The notes beneath the pieces were generated by a model. It saw only the letters and a program-made list of their open reading frames with translations. It was not told the origin of the DNA and did no database searches. A stretch of 64,000 nt of DNA. Origin: Rikenellaceae bacterium. GTDB taxonomy: Bacteria; Bacteroidota; Bacteroidia; Bacteroidales; Rikenellaceae. The stretch is from the NCBI GenBank assembly GCA_015059945.1, contig SUZJ01000004.1, positions 8,646 through 72,645 on the forward strand. Direction: 5' to 3'. Positions 1-8,625 of the stretch are shown piece after piece. Position 1 is the stretch's first letter. Each line of letters opens with the position of its first letter. The position numbers and the translations under genes are program-made.

Positions 1-386
1 TTAAGCTGATGGGCAGCAAGAGCGATGATAGCCAGCAGGACTTTCTCGACCTTTGTGCCAAGAACAATTTTGAGCTGCATACGTTTGATAGTTGGGTGGA
101 TTTCAACGAGTTCTTGTCATACCTGCCCGTCAGGCGCGACAAGAATTACGACTATCTGCTCTCGGGCGACAAGATTAGAGAGATGGCCGATGCCGACAAT
201 AAATACTTTATCGAGATAAGCGACGTTATTAAGCAGGGCGCCGATGCTCCCTACGAGCGCGTGGCCGATAGGGTTAGGCGCATACTCTTCAACCAGCGCA
301 GGGCCGAACTTGTGGGATTCTACAACGACAGCCTCTACAATGCAGCTCTGGTGGAGGGGATTATTACTATTGAAAACATTGACTAA
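1..386 (+). CDS. C-terminal fragment of a protein whose 5' end lies upstream of the window; function unknown
   Basis: The open frame (codon phase of nt 3) runs from the window edge to a stop at 384-386 (listed ORF 9..386). I can name no motif. It sits directly upstream of a SurA-like gene. Confidence 0.4.
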   Translation, partial: KLMGSKSDDSQQDFLDLCAKNNFELHTFDSWVDFNEFLSYLPVRRDKNYDYLLSGDKIREMADADNKYFIEISDVIKQGADAPYERVADRVRRILFNQRRAELVGFYNDSLYNAALVEGIITIENID

Positions 387-395
387 CAGAGATAT

Positions 396-1790
396 ATGAA
401 ACGAAAATTTTTGATACTCGCAGCGGCTTTGGTGGCTGCTCTTTCGACCGGTGTGGCTCAACAACAGGTGGTTATTGCCGATAAGGTAGTGGCTGTTGTG
501 GGCAACTCGGCAATCCTCTACTCAGACGTTGTCGACTATAGCAAGCAGATTGTGGCACAGCGCCAAGAGCAGGGCTTTACCTCCGACCGCGACCCTATGA
601 GTGAGTCGCTCGAGGGACTGCTGATGCAGAAACTGCTCTATAATCAGGCTCTTATCGACTCGGTAGAGATTAACCTCGACGGCGTGGCTGCCCAGGTTGA
701 TGCCAGGGTAGATGCTATGATTTCGAGGGCAGGCTCGATTGGTGCCCTGGAGGCCGAGTATCACAAACCTGTCTACGAGATTAAGGCCGATATGCGCCGC
801 TTGGCCGAGGAGGCTCAGTATGCCCAGGCAATGCAGGGTACCATTATGAACAAGGTTACCATCACCCCGGGCGAGGTAGAGCGCTTCTATCACTCATTGC
901 GTAGCGATATGTTGCCCATTGTACCCGAGCAGTATGTCTATGCCCAGATTACTCGCTTCCCCTCATCGACCACCCAAGCCAAACAGCGCACCCGCGAGAG
1001 GTTGCTCGAAATGAGGGAGCGTATCGTGAATGGCTCGCGCTTTGATATGCTGGCCCGTATGTACTCGATGGACCCAGGCTCGGCATTGCAGGGTGGTGAG
1101 ATGGATTTTGCAACCCTCGATACTTACGAAAAACCCTTTGGCGAGGCGCTCGGCAAACTGCAAGAACCTGGTCAAGTGTCGGGTGTGGTTGAGACCGTCT
1201 ATGGCTTCCACTTGATTCAACTTATTGAAAAGAAAGGCGAACTCTACAAGTGCCGCCACATATTGCTGCGCCCCTCGTTTACCGACTTTGAGCTGGCCGA
1301 TGATATTAAATTCCTCGACAGCTTGGCAAACGAGATTAAGGAGCAAAAGATTACCTTCGAGGAGGCAGCCAAGGAGCACTCCGACGACAAGTACTCCAAG
1401 CAGAATGGCGGTCTGGTTACCAACCACGAGATGTTGGAGCTCTACGGTGCCAACGACACCAGCTACTCGCGCACCTCGTTCTACAAAGAGGACCTCGGCA
1501 GGGACTACAACTTTATGCGTGGTCTGAAGCCTGGCGAATTGTCGCAGCCCTTCCAGAGCCAGGATATGAGGGGTAACACCTTGACCAAAGTGATTAAGCT
1601 GATAGAGATTATCCCTGCTCACACTGCTGGATTGGCCAATGACTACCTGCAAATCGAGAACATTGCCCTGCAGGACAAGCAGCAGAGGGAGTTTATGAAG
1701 TGGCTCAATAAGAAGATTGAGTCGATGTATGTACGCATCGCTGAGGATATGGACACCAGCGAGTTCGAGAATAAAGCGTGGATTAAATAG
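396..1790 (+). CDS. surA: SurA-like periplasmic chaperone / parvulin-type peptidylprolyl isomerase
   Basis: 464 aa with an N-terminal signal sequence (MKRKFLILAAALVAALS). Parvulin signature GGEMDF...VYGFHLIQLIEKKG, followed by a second parvulin-like segment (CRHILLRP...QNGGLV). Confidence 0.8.
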   Translation: MKRKFLILAAALVAALSTGVAQQQVVIADKVVAVVGNSAILYSDVVDYSKQIVAQRQEQGFTSDRDPMSESLEGLLMQKLLYNQALIDSVEINLDGVAAQVDARVDAMISRAGSIGALEAEYHKPVYEIKADMRRLAEEAQYAQAMQGTIMNKVTITPGEVERFYHSLRSDMLPIVPEQYVYAQITRFPSSTTQAKQRTRERLLEMRERIVNGSRFDMLARMYSMDPGSALQGGEMDFATLDTYEKPFGEALGKLQEPGQVSGVVETVYGFHLIQLIEKKGELYKCRHILLRPSFTDFELADDIKFLDSLANEIKEQKITFEEAAKEHSDDKYSKQNGGLVTNHEMLELYGANDTSYSRTSFYKEDLGRDYNFMRGLKPGELSQPFQSQDMRGNTLTKVIKLIEIIPAHTAGLANDYLQIENIALQDKQQREFMKWLNKKIESMYVRIAEDMDTSEFENKAWIK

Positions 1791-3958
1791 TGAAACGAAT
1801 AGTCAACATATTGACGCTTACGGCACTACTGCTGCTTGGCGTGGGTGGTTCAGAGGCTGTGGCCCATAGTAAACCAAAGGCCCAGAGCCAGCAGAGCGAG
1901 CGCAAACCCATTGACATCAAGTCGCGCAGGACAAGGCCTGTACCTGTGGGCGATTCGACGGGTTATGCACTGGTGGGCGATGTGGTGCTGTATCACAATG
2001 GCTCGGTTATCACCTGCGACAGCGTGGTCCGTTATAGCGACCGCCAGATGAGCTGCTTTGGCAATGTGATTATCCGCAAGGACGACACGTTTATCTACGG
2101 CGACAGGGCCGAGTATAGCCGCGACGAGGGTATGGCCAGGGTTTACTCGCCCCTCATCAAGGTCTACAATGGCGATGCAACGCTCTATACTTACAACCTG
2201 CTGTTCAATACGGCCGACAATGTGGGCGAGTTCTATGGCGGTGGCACCTTCACCAACGGCACCAACCTGATGGAGTCGGAGAGGGGCTACTTCTTTGCCG
2301 ACTTGGACGAGGTGGTGGGCGTAGACAATGTGGAGCTGAAGAACGAAACCTACCAACTCAAGTCCGACTCGGTAAACTATAACTCCGAGAGCGAGGTGGC
2401 CCGCTACTTTACCCGCAGTGTTACCTGGAAGGACGACAGTGGCGAGATGCTCAGCTCCGACGAGGGCGAGTATCACAACAAAAACGAGCGCTACATCTTC
2501 CGCTCAAATGCCTACATTGTGGGCGAGAAACAGGAGATGTGGGCCGATACGATTGACTATAAGTCGCTGATAGAGTTTATTGAGCTGAAACATAACGGCC
2601 AGATTCGCGATGAGGAGCACCAGAGCATCATCTTTGGCAACTATGGCAACCACGATAACAAGAAGGGCGACACCTTCTTGACCGACAACCCCGCCTTTAT
2701 CAGCTATGGCGATAGCGACGGCGATGGGGTGGGCGATACGGTCTATATGCGCTCCGACTCGATGTATGTCTACCTGATTGACTCGCTGGGCTACTGCACC
2801 CTGACTCGGCCCGACTCGGCTACGCTGGCGGCCGAATTGGCTGCAAAGGCCCAACGCATTAGGGACTCGATTGTGGCCGATAGTATGGCCAAGGTTAAGG
2901 TGGCTCGCGATGTCTTCTTGGTCGATAGCCTTACGCTGGTGTGCGACTCGCTCGCCACGATTGAGCAGAAAGATAGCCTCACGATGCGCTACTCTGATAG
3001 CCTTCAGATGGTAATCAGCCGACTGAAACCCAAGCCACAACAACCGCAGGCCGATTCGCTCGCTACCGACAGTCTGGCTGTCGGGGCACTTACCGACTCG
3101 TTGGGTGGCAGACTGGCCGGTAGGGCCGAGGCTGTGGGCAAGATGGGCCGTGTGGAGCAACCTCTGGAGGAGCCCCAACCCGAGGCCGAGGAAAAAGACG
3201 ACCAGCCCGACCGTATAATGCTTGGACTGAATAATGTGAAGATTTTTAGGGCCGACTTCCAGGGTGTCTGTGACTCGGTGCTGATGTTCTCGGCCGACTC
3301 GACCGCACAGCTTCACCGCAACTCGGTTATGTGGAACGAACTGAACCAGATTGTGAGCGAGAGGGCCGACGTCTACACGCGCAACAAAAAGCCCACAAGG
3401 GTACTCTTCTCGGAGGGCAAGCCGCTTATGAGCTCCGAGCTCGATACGACACGCTATAACCAGATTGCTGGCAAGACTATCGAGTCGCTGTTCAATGCCG
3501 AGGGCGTGATGTACCAGACCAATGTCGACGGCAATGCCCAGACCTATTATTATATGGTAGACGATGCCGACGGGGCGGTTATGGGCTTCTTGGTGGCCGA
3601 GAGCTCGGATATTACGTTCTATATCGAGGACAATACGGTGGTGGGCATTATGTATCGCGGCTCGCCAGTGTATACCATCTACCCGATGGACCAAATTCCT
3701 GAGGATCAACCCGAGCGTATGCCCAACTTTGTGTGGTATATCGAGCGCAAACCCACTCGCGAGCAGATTGTGGGCGATTGGCACATAAATCCCTCGGAGC
3801 GCGAGCGTTATATGAGTATGAAACGCCCCCAATTCCCCATCACCTATGCCATCGAGCGCCACCGCGAGTCGCTTGTGTCGGGTGGCCGCTGGGCCGATAG
3901 GACCGACGATATCTCGGATATGGCCAAAGAGTTTATCGAGAAGGTTAAGGAGGAGTAG
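1790..3958 (+). CDS. OstA/LptD-N-terminal-like domain protein (large secreted protein, function unknown)
   Basis: 722 aa with a GTG start overlapping the surA stop (TAGTG) and a signal peptide. Repeated beta-rich OstA-like segments (GDVVLYHNGSVITCDSVVRYSD...GNVIIRKDDTFIYGDRAEYS). Central low-complexity DS[LM]-rich linker. Confidence 0.55.
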   Translation: MKRIVNILTLTALLLLGVGGSEAVAHSKPKAQSQQSERKPIDIKSRRTRPVPVGDSTGYALVGDVVLYHNGSVITCDSVVRYSDRQMSCFGNVIIRKDDTFIYGDRAEYSRDEGMARVYSPLIKVYNGDATLYTYNLLFNTADNVGEFYGGGTFTNGTNLMESERGYFFADLDEVVGVDNVELKNETYQLKSDSVNYNSESEVARYFTRSVTWKDDSGEMLSSDEGEYHNKNERYIFRSNAYIVGEKQEMWADTIDYKSLIEFIELKHNGQIRDEEHQSIIFGNYGNHDNKKGDTFLTDNPAFISYGDSDGDGVGDTVYMRSDSMYVYLIDSLGYCTLTRPDSATLAAELAAKAQRIRDSIVADSMAKVKVARDVFLVDSLTLVCDSLATIEQKDSLTMRYSDSLQMVISRLKPKPQQPQADSLATDSLAVGALTDSLGGRLAGRAEAVGKMGRVEQPLEEPQPEAEEKDDQPDRIMLGLNNVKIFRADFQGVCDSVLMFSADSTAQLHRNSVMWNELNQIVSERADVYTRNKKPTRVLFSEGKPLMSSELDTTRYNQIAGKTIESLFNAEGVMYQTNVDGNAQTYYYMVDDADGAVMGFLVAESSDITFYIEDNTVVGIMYRGSPVYTIYPMDQIPEDQPERMPNFVWYIERKPTREQIVGDWHINPSERERYMSMKRPQFPITYAIERHRESLVSGGRWADRTDDISDMAKEFIEKVKEE

Positions 3959-3983
3959 AATTGAGAATTGAGAATTGAGAATT
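3958..3983. repeat. heptanucleotide tandem repeat (GAATTGA) x3 plus a partial copy
   Basis: The sequence gaattga gaattga gaattga gaatt begins at the last base of the stop codon of the OstA-like gene. Confidence 0.9.
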
Positions 3984-4018
3984 CAAGTAAGTGCTTGTGA
4001 GTCGTTAATTTGACACAC

Positions 4019-4058
4019 GCCCCTGCCCGTTGGGGCACCCCCTCTAACTGAGAGGGGG
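4019..4058. repeat. two-hairpin REP-like intergenic element, copy A
   Basis: Hairpin 1 is gcccc-N8-ggggc (4019-4036), followed by a single A. Hairpin 2 is ccccctct-aactg-agaggggg (4038-4058). The same architecture recurs at 18206 and 20703. Confidence 0.7.
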
Positions 4059-4074
4059 GATAGAACGAATAAAC

Positions 4075-4107
4075 AAAAAGTCCAACCCTTCGGGGTTGGA
4101 CTTTTTG
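4075..4107. terminator. bidirectional intrinsic terminator between the OstA-like gene (+) and the DUF5606 gene (-)
   Basis: aaaaagtccaaccc-ttcg-gggttggacttttt: a 10-bp GC-rich stem with a tetraloop, flanked by an A-run and a T-run. Confidence 0.85.
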
Positions 4108-4131
4108 TTTGTTGCTGAATTAGTGGGGCAA

Positions 4132-4557
4132 TTACTCCTCGGTCTGCTCTGCCTGCTCGGGCTCCTCGATCGAGAAGTCGGTCATACCTGCGGCAACCAA
4201 GATGTTGAACCACTGGGCAACCTTGCGCATATCCGACAGGTGGAAACGCTCGCGGTCGTAGCCGGGGATAACCACGTCAAACACACCGCGTAACTCGGCC
4301 TCCGAGGCTTTGTGCGAAACGGTCTGCTCGCCTTTGGTGTGGGCATAGAGGTCGGTAAGTACTTGGTTGAGTGCTACATCCTCGTCGTCGGTGAAGATCG
4401 AAATCTCGGCCAACGAGCTCACGCGCGAGTGGGTACCCGAGAAGTTTTTGCGAGCGCCGGTTACGAGCGACTCGGCAATGATACCATTGCGGCTGCTTGC
4501 CACATATTTGTAAAGACCGGGCTCGCCCGAAATTGCCAGAATGTCTTGAATTTTCAT
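4132..4557 (-). CDS. DUF5606 domain-containing protein
   Basis: 141 aa. The N-terminus MKIQDILAISGEPGLYKYVASSRNGIIAESL matches my recollection of the Bacteroidetes DUF5606 family. Acidic C-terminal tail. Confidence 0.7.
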   Translation of the reverse strand: MKIQDILAISGEPGLYKYVASSRNGIIAESLVTGARKNFSGTHSRVSSLAEISIFTDDEDVALNQVLTDLYAHTKGEQTVSHKASEAELRGVFDVVIPGYDRERFHLSDMRKVAQWFNILVAAGMTDFSIEEPEQAEQTEE

Positions 4558-4667
4558 ACTCTCTGTGTTGTTGCTATAAAAAATAGTGTTGTGTTACATT
4601 GTTTTTCAAAGCACAAATATAGAGAATAGAAATCAAAAAACGAAAACCGAGTGCTATTTTTGCGCGT

Positions 4668-6065
4668 TTAGAAATTCACCTCGAAGCGGCAGGCCATCAT
4701 ATTGTAGCCCACGCCAATCTTTGACGAGTCGGCCGCTACGTCGGCAGGGTTGGTCGTTGGTGCGCCAGTTGCGTCGTAGCCCACAATCAGTTTGCCATTG
4801 CCGTTGGCGTACTTATTATTCTTGACGTACTGCCAGTTGAGCATAAACTTGATGTTGGGATTGACGTAGTAGTTCACGCCCACGCTCCAAGCATTTGCAG
4901 CACCGCCATATACCCCCTGACTATCCAAGTCGAGGCGGTCGAAGCGGCCACACAGCTCAATGTCGCCCCACGAGCGCCCGGGGGTGATGCGCGTAAACTC
5001 GGCATCGGAGTAGTCGTAGTTTTGACGGCCACCAAAGAGCAACATTCCCGCTTGAACGTAAGCACCGTAGAAGTGTTTGGTCGAGTTGTTCTCAACCCCC
5101 TTTTTGATGTGTACGTTGTCGGCCAAATAGGCAGCCTCCATACGCAAACCGCGCCAGCTACCTGCCAGCTCGGCAGTCATCATCATCTCAAAATCTACAT
5201 CCTTTATATTGCCTGTATCGAGATACTTCTTGCGGTTGATGTTGGTGGCATTGCGCGACGATATGCGCACCGAGCCCCACTTGCTGGGCGAGTAGTCGGC
5301 CTTGGGGGTGCGGTACGAGGCGGCAAAGCCAATGTGGAGTGCTATGTCGTCGAATTTGTAGAGGGGTTGGAGCACAAACTTGCCCGTAAACGAGTGGCCC
5401 GTCGAGCGGCCGTAGTCTTTGTTGTTGTCCTCTACATTGGTGCGAGCCTCCTCCCCCTCAATGGGTTGCAGAAATGCGCCTGCGGCCACAAAGATTGCCG
5501 GAGCGCTGAACTTGGCCTGCATACCGAGGTGGCGCGAGGGGGCAAAGGCGGTGGCCATAGGTCGCTCGATAAACTGCAAGTAGCGACTTGTGGTGTTGCG
5601 CTGCATCGAGAAGCACTCCTTGAAGTTGCCCACCTGCACCTCCAGACCCCTGATGCCATCGTAGCGCATATAGGCATCTTTCAGTTCGAGGGTGCCGTTT
5701 GCAAAGTCGAGGTCCAGCTCGCCATACCAATCCTTGCGCAACTGGCCCTTGACGGCAAAGCGTGCGCGACGTATGGAGGCTCCGTTGCCAATCTTGTCAA
5801 ACCCATCGGGCTCGCCCCAGAATAGGGCTGCATCGGTCTGCACACGCACGTCGAACCACAGGCGGTAATCGACCTCTTTGTTCTGGAACACCAGAAAACC
5901 ATCTTGCGACTCGGCTTTGAGGGGCACCACGCTCACCTCCAAGCCATACTGATTGATGTCGGTCTGGCGGTTGTTGGTGCCGTTGTGGTGCGATTGTGCG
6001 CTTGTAAGGCCTATGTTGGCTGCGCAGGCAAGCGAAATAAGTAGTAGCGTAAAAACTCTTTTCAT
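4668..6065 (-). CDS. phosphate-selective porin O/P (OprO/OprP) family outer-membrane porin
   Basis: The listed ORF 4668..6182 was trimmed to the ATG at 6065, which gives a signal peptide MKRVFTLLLISLACAANIGLTSAQ. Porin O_P-like core (LWFDVRVQTD...IRRARFAVKGQLRKDWYGELDLDFANGTLELKDAYMRY) and a C-terminal aromatic residue (F). Confidence 0.75.
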   Translation of the reverse strand: MKRVFTLLLISLACAANIGLTSAQSHHNGTNNRQTDINQYGLEVSVVPLKAESQDGFLVFQNKEVDYRLWFDVRVQTDAALFWGEPDGFDKIGNGASIRRARFAVKGQLRKDWYGELDLDFANGTLELKDAYMRYDGIRGLEVQVGNFKECFSMQRNTTSRYLQFIERPMATAFAPSRHLGMQAKFSAPAIFVAAGAFLQPIEGEEARTNVEDNNKDYGRSTGHSFTGKFVLQPLYKFDDIALHIGFAASYRTPKADYSPSKWGSVRISSRNATNINRKKYLDTGNIKDVDFEMMMTAELAGSWRGLRMEAAYLADNVHIKKGVENNSTKHFYGAYVQAGMLLFGGRQNYDYSDAEFTRITPGRSWGDIELCGRFDRLDLDSQGVYGGAANAWSVGVNYYVNPNIKFMLNWQYVKNNKYANGNGKLIVGYDATGAPTTNPADVAADSSKIGVGYNMMACRFEVNF

Positions 6066-6209
6066 AAGCGATTGTGTTTTTGGTTTGTGTATGAAAATCG
6101 CCTCAAAGAGTGCAAAATGAGTGCCGTAGCGCAACCTTTGGCCAACAAAAAAAGTGCGCACCACCCGAGGGGCAGTGCACACCTTTATATATTTATGTGC
6201 TGTGAAAAT

Positions 6210-7025
6210 TTAGAGCATCACCAGGCTCACTGCCATAATGGCCATACCCACAAAGAGGCCCAAAATGGAGGTGTGGCTCTCGCCGTAGTAGTGGGCCGCA
6301 GGCAGCAGCTCGTCGAACGAGATGTATATCATAATGCCCGCAACGGCCGCCATTATGCAGTGGAGCACAACGGGGGTGATAAACGGAGTGAGTATCAACC
6401 ACGCAAGCAGTGCCCCAAGAGGCTCGGCCAAGCCCGACAGCATCGAGTACCACAGCGCCTTGCGACGGCTGCCCGTAGCGTGGTAGACTGGTACCGATAC
6501 GGCAATACCCTCGGGGATGTTGTGGATAGCCACAGCAATGGCTATGGCCACGCCCGTAGATATGTCGGTATAGGCCGCTGCAAAGGTGGCAATGCCCTCG
6601 GGAAAGTTGTGTACGGCAATGCCTATGGCCGTAACCAGACCAACGTGGCGCAGTTTGCGGGTAGAGTGGTGGTGCTGTTGGTTATCAACGCCTTGCATCT
6701 CCTCTACGTTGTGCAGCTCGTGGGGGTTTTCGGCCTCGGGAATCAGCTTGTCGATGATGGCTGCGAGGGCCATACCGCCAAAGAACAGACCAATGGCCAG
6801 CACCTCAGCCTGGCGGCCCACAATCAGTTCGCTCAGACCTATGCGCGAGCCGTGCAACAGCTCCATAAACGACACATAGACCATCACTCCGGCCGACAAA
6901 CCGAGCGAAAAACAGAGGAATTTTCGGTTGGTGCGCTTGGCAAAGAAACCTATCACACTGCCAATGCCGGTCGATAGACCTGCAAAAAGTGTGAGCAAAA
7001 GAGCAAAAAGTGTGTTATCGTTCAT
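6210..7025 (-). CDS. zupT: ZIP-family zinc transporter ZupT
   Basis: 271 aa polytopic membrane protein with HNFPEGIA and HNIPEGIAV motifs and a His-rich loop (QQHHHS). Confidence 0.85.
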   Translation of the reverse strand: MNDNTLFALLLTLFAGLSTGIGSVIGFFAKRTNRKFLCFSLGLSAGVMVYVSFMELLHGSRIGLSELIVGRQAEVLAIGLFFGGMALAAIIDKLIPEAENPHELHNVEEMQGVDNQQHHHSTRKLRHVGLVTAIGIAVHNFPEGIATFAAAYTDISTGVAIAIAVAIHNIPEGIAVSVPVYHATGSRRKALWYSMLSGLAEPLGALLAWLILTPFITPVVLHCIMAAVAGIMIYISFDELLPAAHYYGESHTSILGLFVGMAIMAVSLVML

Positions 7026-7036
7026 ATAATTTTTAT

Positions 7037-7044
7037 TACTTTTG
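7037..7044 (+). promoter_or_regulatory. Bacteroidetes -7 promoter box (TACTTTTG) for hpt
   Basis: tattaCTTTTGcaaag matches TAnnTTTG and lies 58 nt upstream of the hpt ATG. Confidence 0.5.
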
Positions 7045-7101
7045 CAAAGATATAGATTTTGTTCGTTAGACGATATACCTTTTATAAAACATTTTTACTA
7101 T

Positions 7102-7659
7102 ATGAGCCAAAAGAAATTACCCCGCGTAGTGTTGCACGACAAGACTTTCGAGCTGTCGATTCCTTACGCCGAGATTAACGAGGCTATCCAGAAGGTGGCC
7201 GACCAGATTAACCACGACTACGCCGACAAAGAGGCCCCCCTGTTCTTGGGCGTACTGAACGGTGCCTTTATGTTTATGGGCGAGCTGATGAAGAAGATCG
7301 AGATTCCAAGCGAGATTTCGTTTGTTAAACTCGCCTCTTACAGCGGTATGTCGTCTACCGGCAAGGTGCAGGAGCTTATTGGCCTGTGCAACAACATCAA
7401 GGGGCGCCACATCATTATCGTAGAGGACGTTGTCGATACCGGCGAGAGTATGGATCACCTGCTCCGCTCGTTGGAGGGCCACGAGCCCGCCAGCGTGGCT
7501 ATCGCTACACTGCTCTTCAAGCCCACCAAGTTTACCAAAACCTACGAGGTCAAATATCGTGCTATGGATATTCCCGACGACTTCATTGTGGGCTTCGGTC
7601 TTGACTACGACGAACTGGGCCGCAACTTGAAGGATATCTACACTATCGTAAATGAGTAG
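7102..7659 (+). CDS. hpt: hypoxanthine phosphoribosyltransferase
   Basis: The listed ORF 7042..7659 (TTG) was trimmed to the ATG at 7102. PRPP-binding motif IIIVEDVVDTGESM; FIVGFGLDYDELGRNL is typical of Hpt. Confidence 0.85.
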   Translation: MSQKKLPRVVLHDKTFELSIPYAEINEAIQKVADQINHDYADKEAPLFLGVLNGAFMFMGELMKKIEIPSEISFVKLASYSGMSSTGKVQELIGLCNNIKGRHIIIVEDVVDTGESMDHLLRSLEGHEPASVAIATLLFKPTKFTKTYEVKYRAMDIPDDFIVGFGLDYDELGRNLKDIYTIVNE

Positions 7660-8302
7660 TAGCAACAAGGGCGTGGTGGCAAGCGAAGATGTGCTGCGTG
7701 GTGGCGAACTGCTGCCACTCGTAGAGGATTTTTACACCATTCAGGGCGAGGGCTTCCATAGTGGCAAGCCCGCCTATTTTATACGCTTGGGTGGCTGTGA
7801 TGTGGGCTGTAAGTGGTGCGATGCCAAGTTTACTTGGGATGCCCGCAAATTTCCTCCCGTAGAGGTTGCCAAGGTGGTCGAGCGCGCTTGCTCGTTTGAG
7901 GCGCAGGCCATTGTGATAACCGGTGGCGAGCCACTGCTCTATCCGCTCGAAAATCTCACCGGCCAACTGCACGAGCGAGGGTTGGAGATATTTCTCGAAA
8001 CGTCGGGCACACACCCCCTGAGTGGCACCTTCGACTGGATATGCCTTTCGCCTAAACGCCAGCGCGGGCCACTGGATGAGATATGCCAGAGGGCTAACGA
8101 GCTGAAAGTCATTATCGAGAGCGAGGCCGACTTTGCTTGGGCCGAGGAGTGCGCCGCAAGGGTGGGGAGTGAGTGTCTGCTCTATCTGCAACCCGAGTGG
8201 AGCCGCTACGAGCAGATTATTGGCCCGCTGGTCGAGTATGCCAAACACCACCCCAAATGGAATGTGTCGGTACAGGCTCATAAATTTATGCACATTCCGT
8301 AG
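7652..8302 (+). CDS. queE: 7-carboxy-7-deazaguanine synthase (radical SAM)
   Basis: 216 aa. QGEGFHSGKPAYFIRLGGCDVGCKWCDAKFTW carries the QueE-type CxxxCxxC cluster motif. The ATG overlaps the hpt stop by 8 nt. Confidence 0.85.
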   Translation: MSSSNKGVVASEDVLRGGELLPLVEDFYTIQGEGFHSGKPAYFIRLGGCDVGCKWCDAKFTWDARKFPPVEVAKVVERACSFEAQAIVITGGEPLLYPLENLTGQLHERGLEIFLETSGTHPLSGTFDWICLSPKRQRGPLDEICQRANELKVIIESEADFAWAEECAARVGSECLLYLQPEWSRYEQIIGPLVEYAKHHPKWNVSVQAHKFMHIP

Positions 8303-8337
8303 AGTGGGTAGAGATTGTTGATAACAGATAAGAGAGG

Positions 8338-8616
8338 ATGAAGAACTTTTTGAGGAGATATTGGCACTGGGTGCTCGTTACGGTTACGGTTGTCGTGTTG
8401 GCATTCGTGGTGGCCGACGTGCCCCCTCATCGCCTTTTGCAAAAGAGGGCCGAGGTGAGGCATCTCGAGCGCGAGATTGCTGCCTATCAGAGCCAGATTA
8501 CTGCCGATAGCTTGTTCTTGGAGGAGCTCAAAGATGATGCCGAGTTGGAGAAGTTTGCTCGCGAGAAGTTCTATATGCACGCCGAGGGCGAAGAGGTCTA
8601 TCTGTTTGAGGATTAG
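8338..8616 (+). CDS. septum formation initiator family protein (FtsB/DivIC-like)
   Basis: 92 aa with a single N-terminal TM segment, a coiled coil, and the C-terminal motif FAREKFYMHAEGEEVY. Confidence 0.7.
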   Translation: MKNFLRRYWHWVLVTVTVVVLAFVVADVPPHRLLQKRAEVRHLEREIAAYQSQITADSLFLEELKDDAELEKFAREKFYMHAEGEEVYLFED

Positions 8617-8625
8617 TGAGTAACT

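Noticed and set aside
2750-3200. DS[LM]-rich low-complexity stretch in the OstA-like protein as a possible repeat element or separate gene
   Set aside because: It is in frame within one continuous ORF with no DNA-level tandem repeat. It is most simply a disordered linker between domains.
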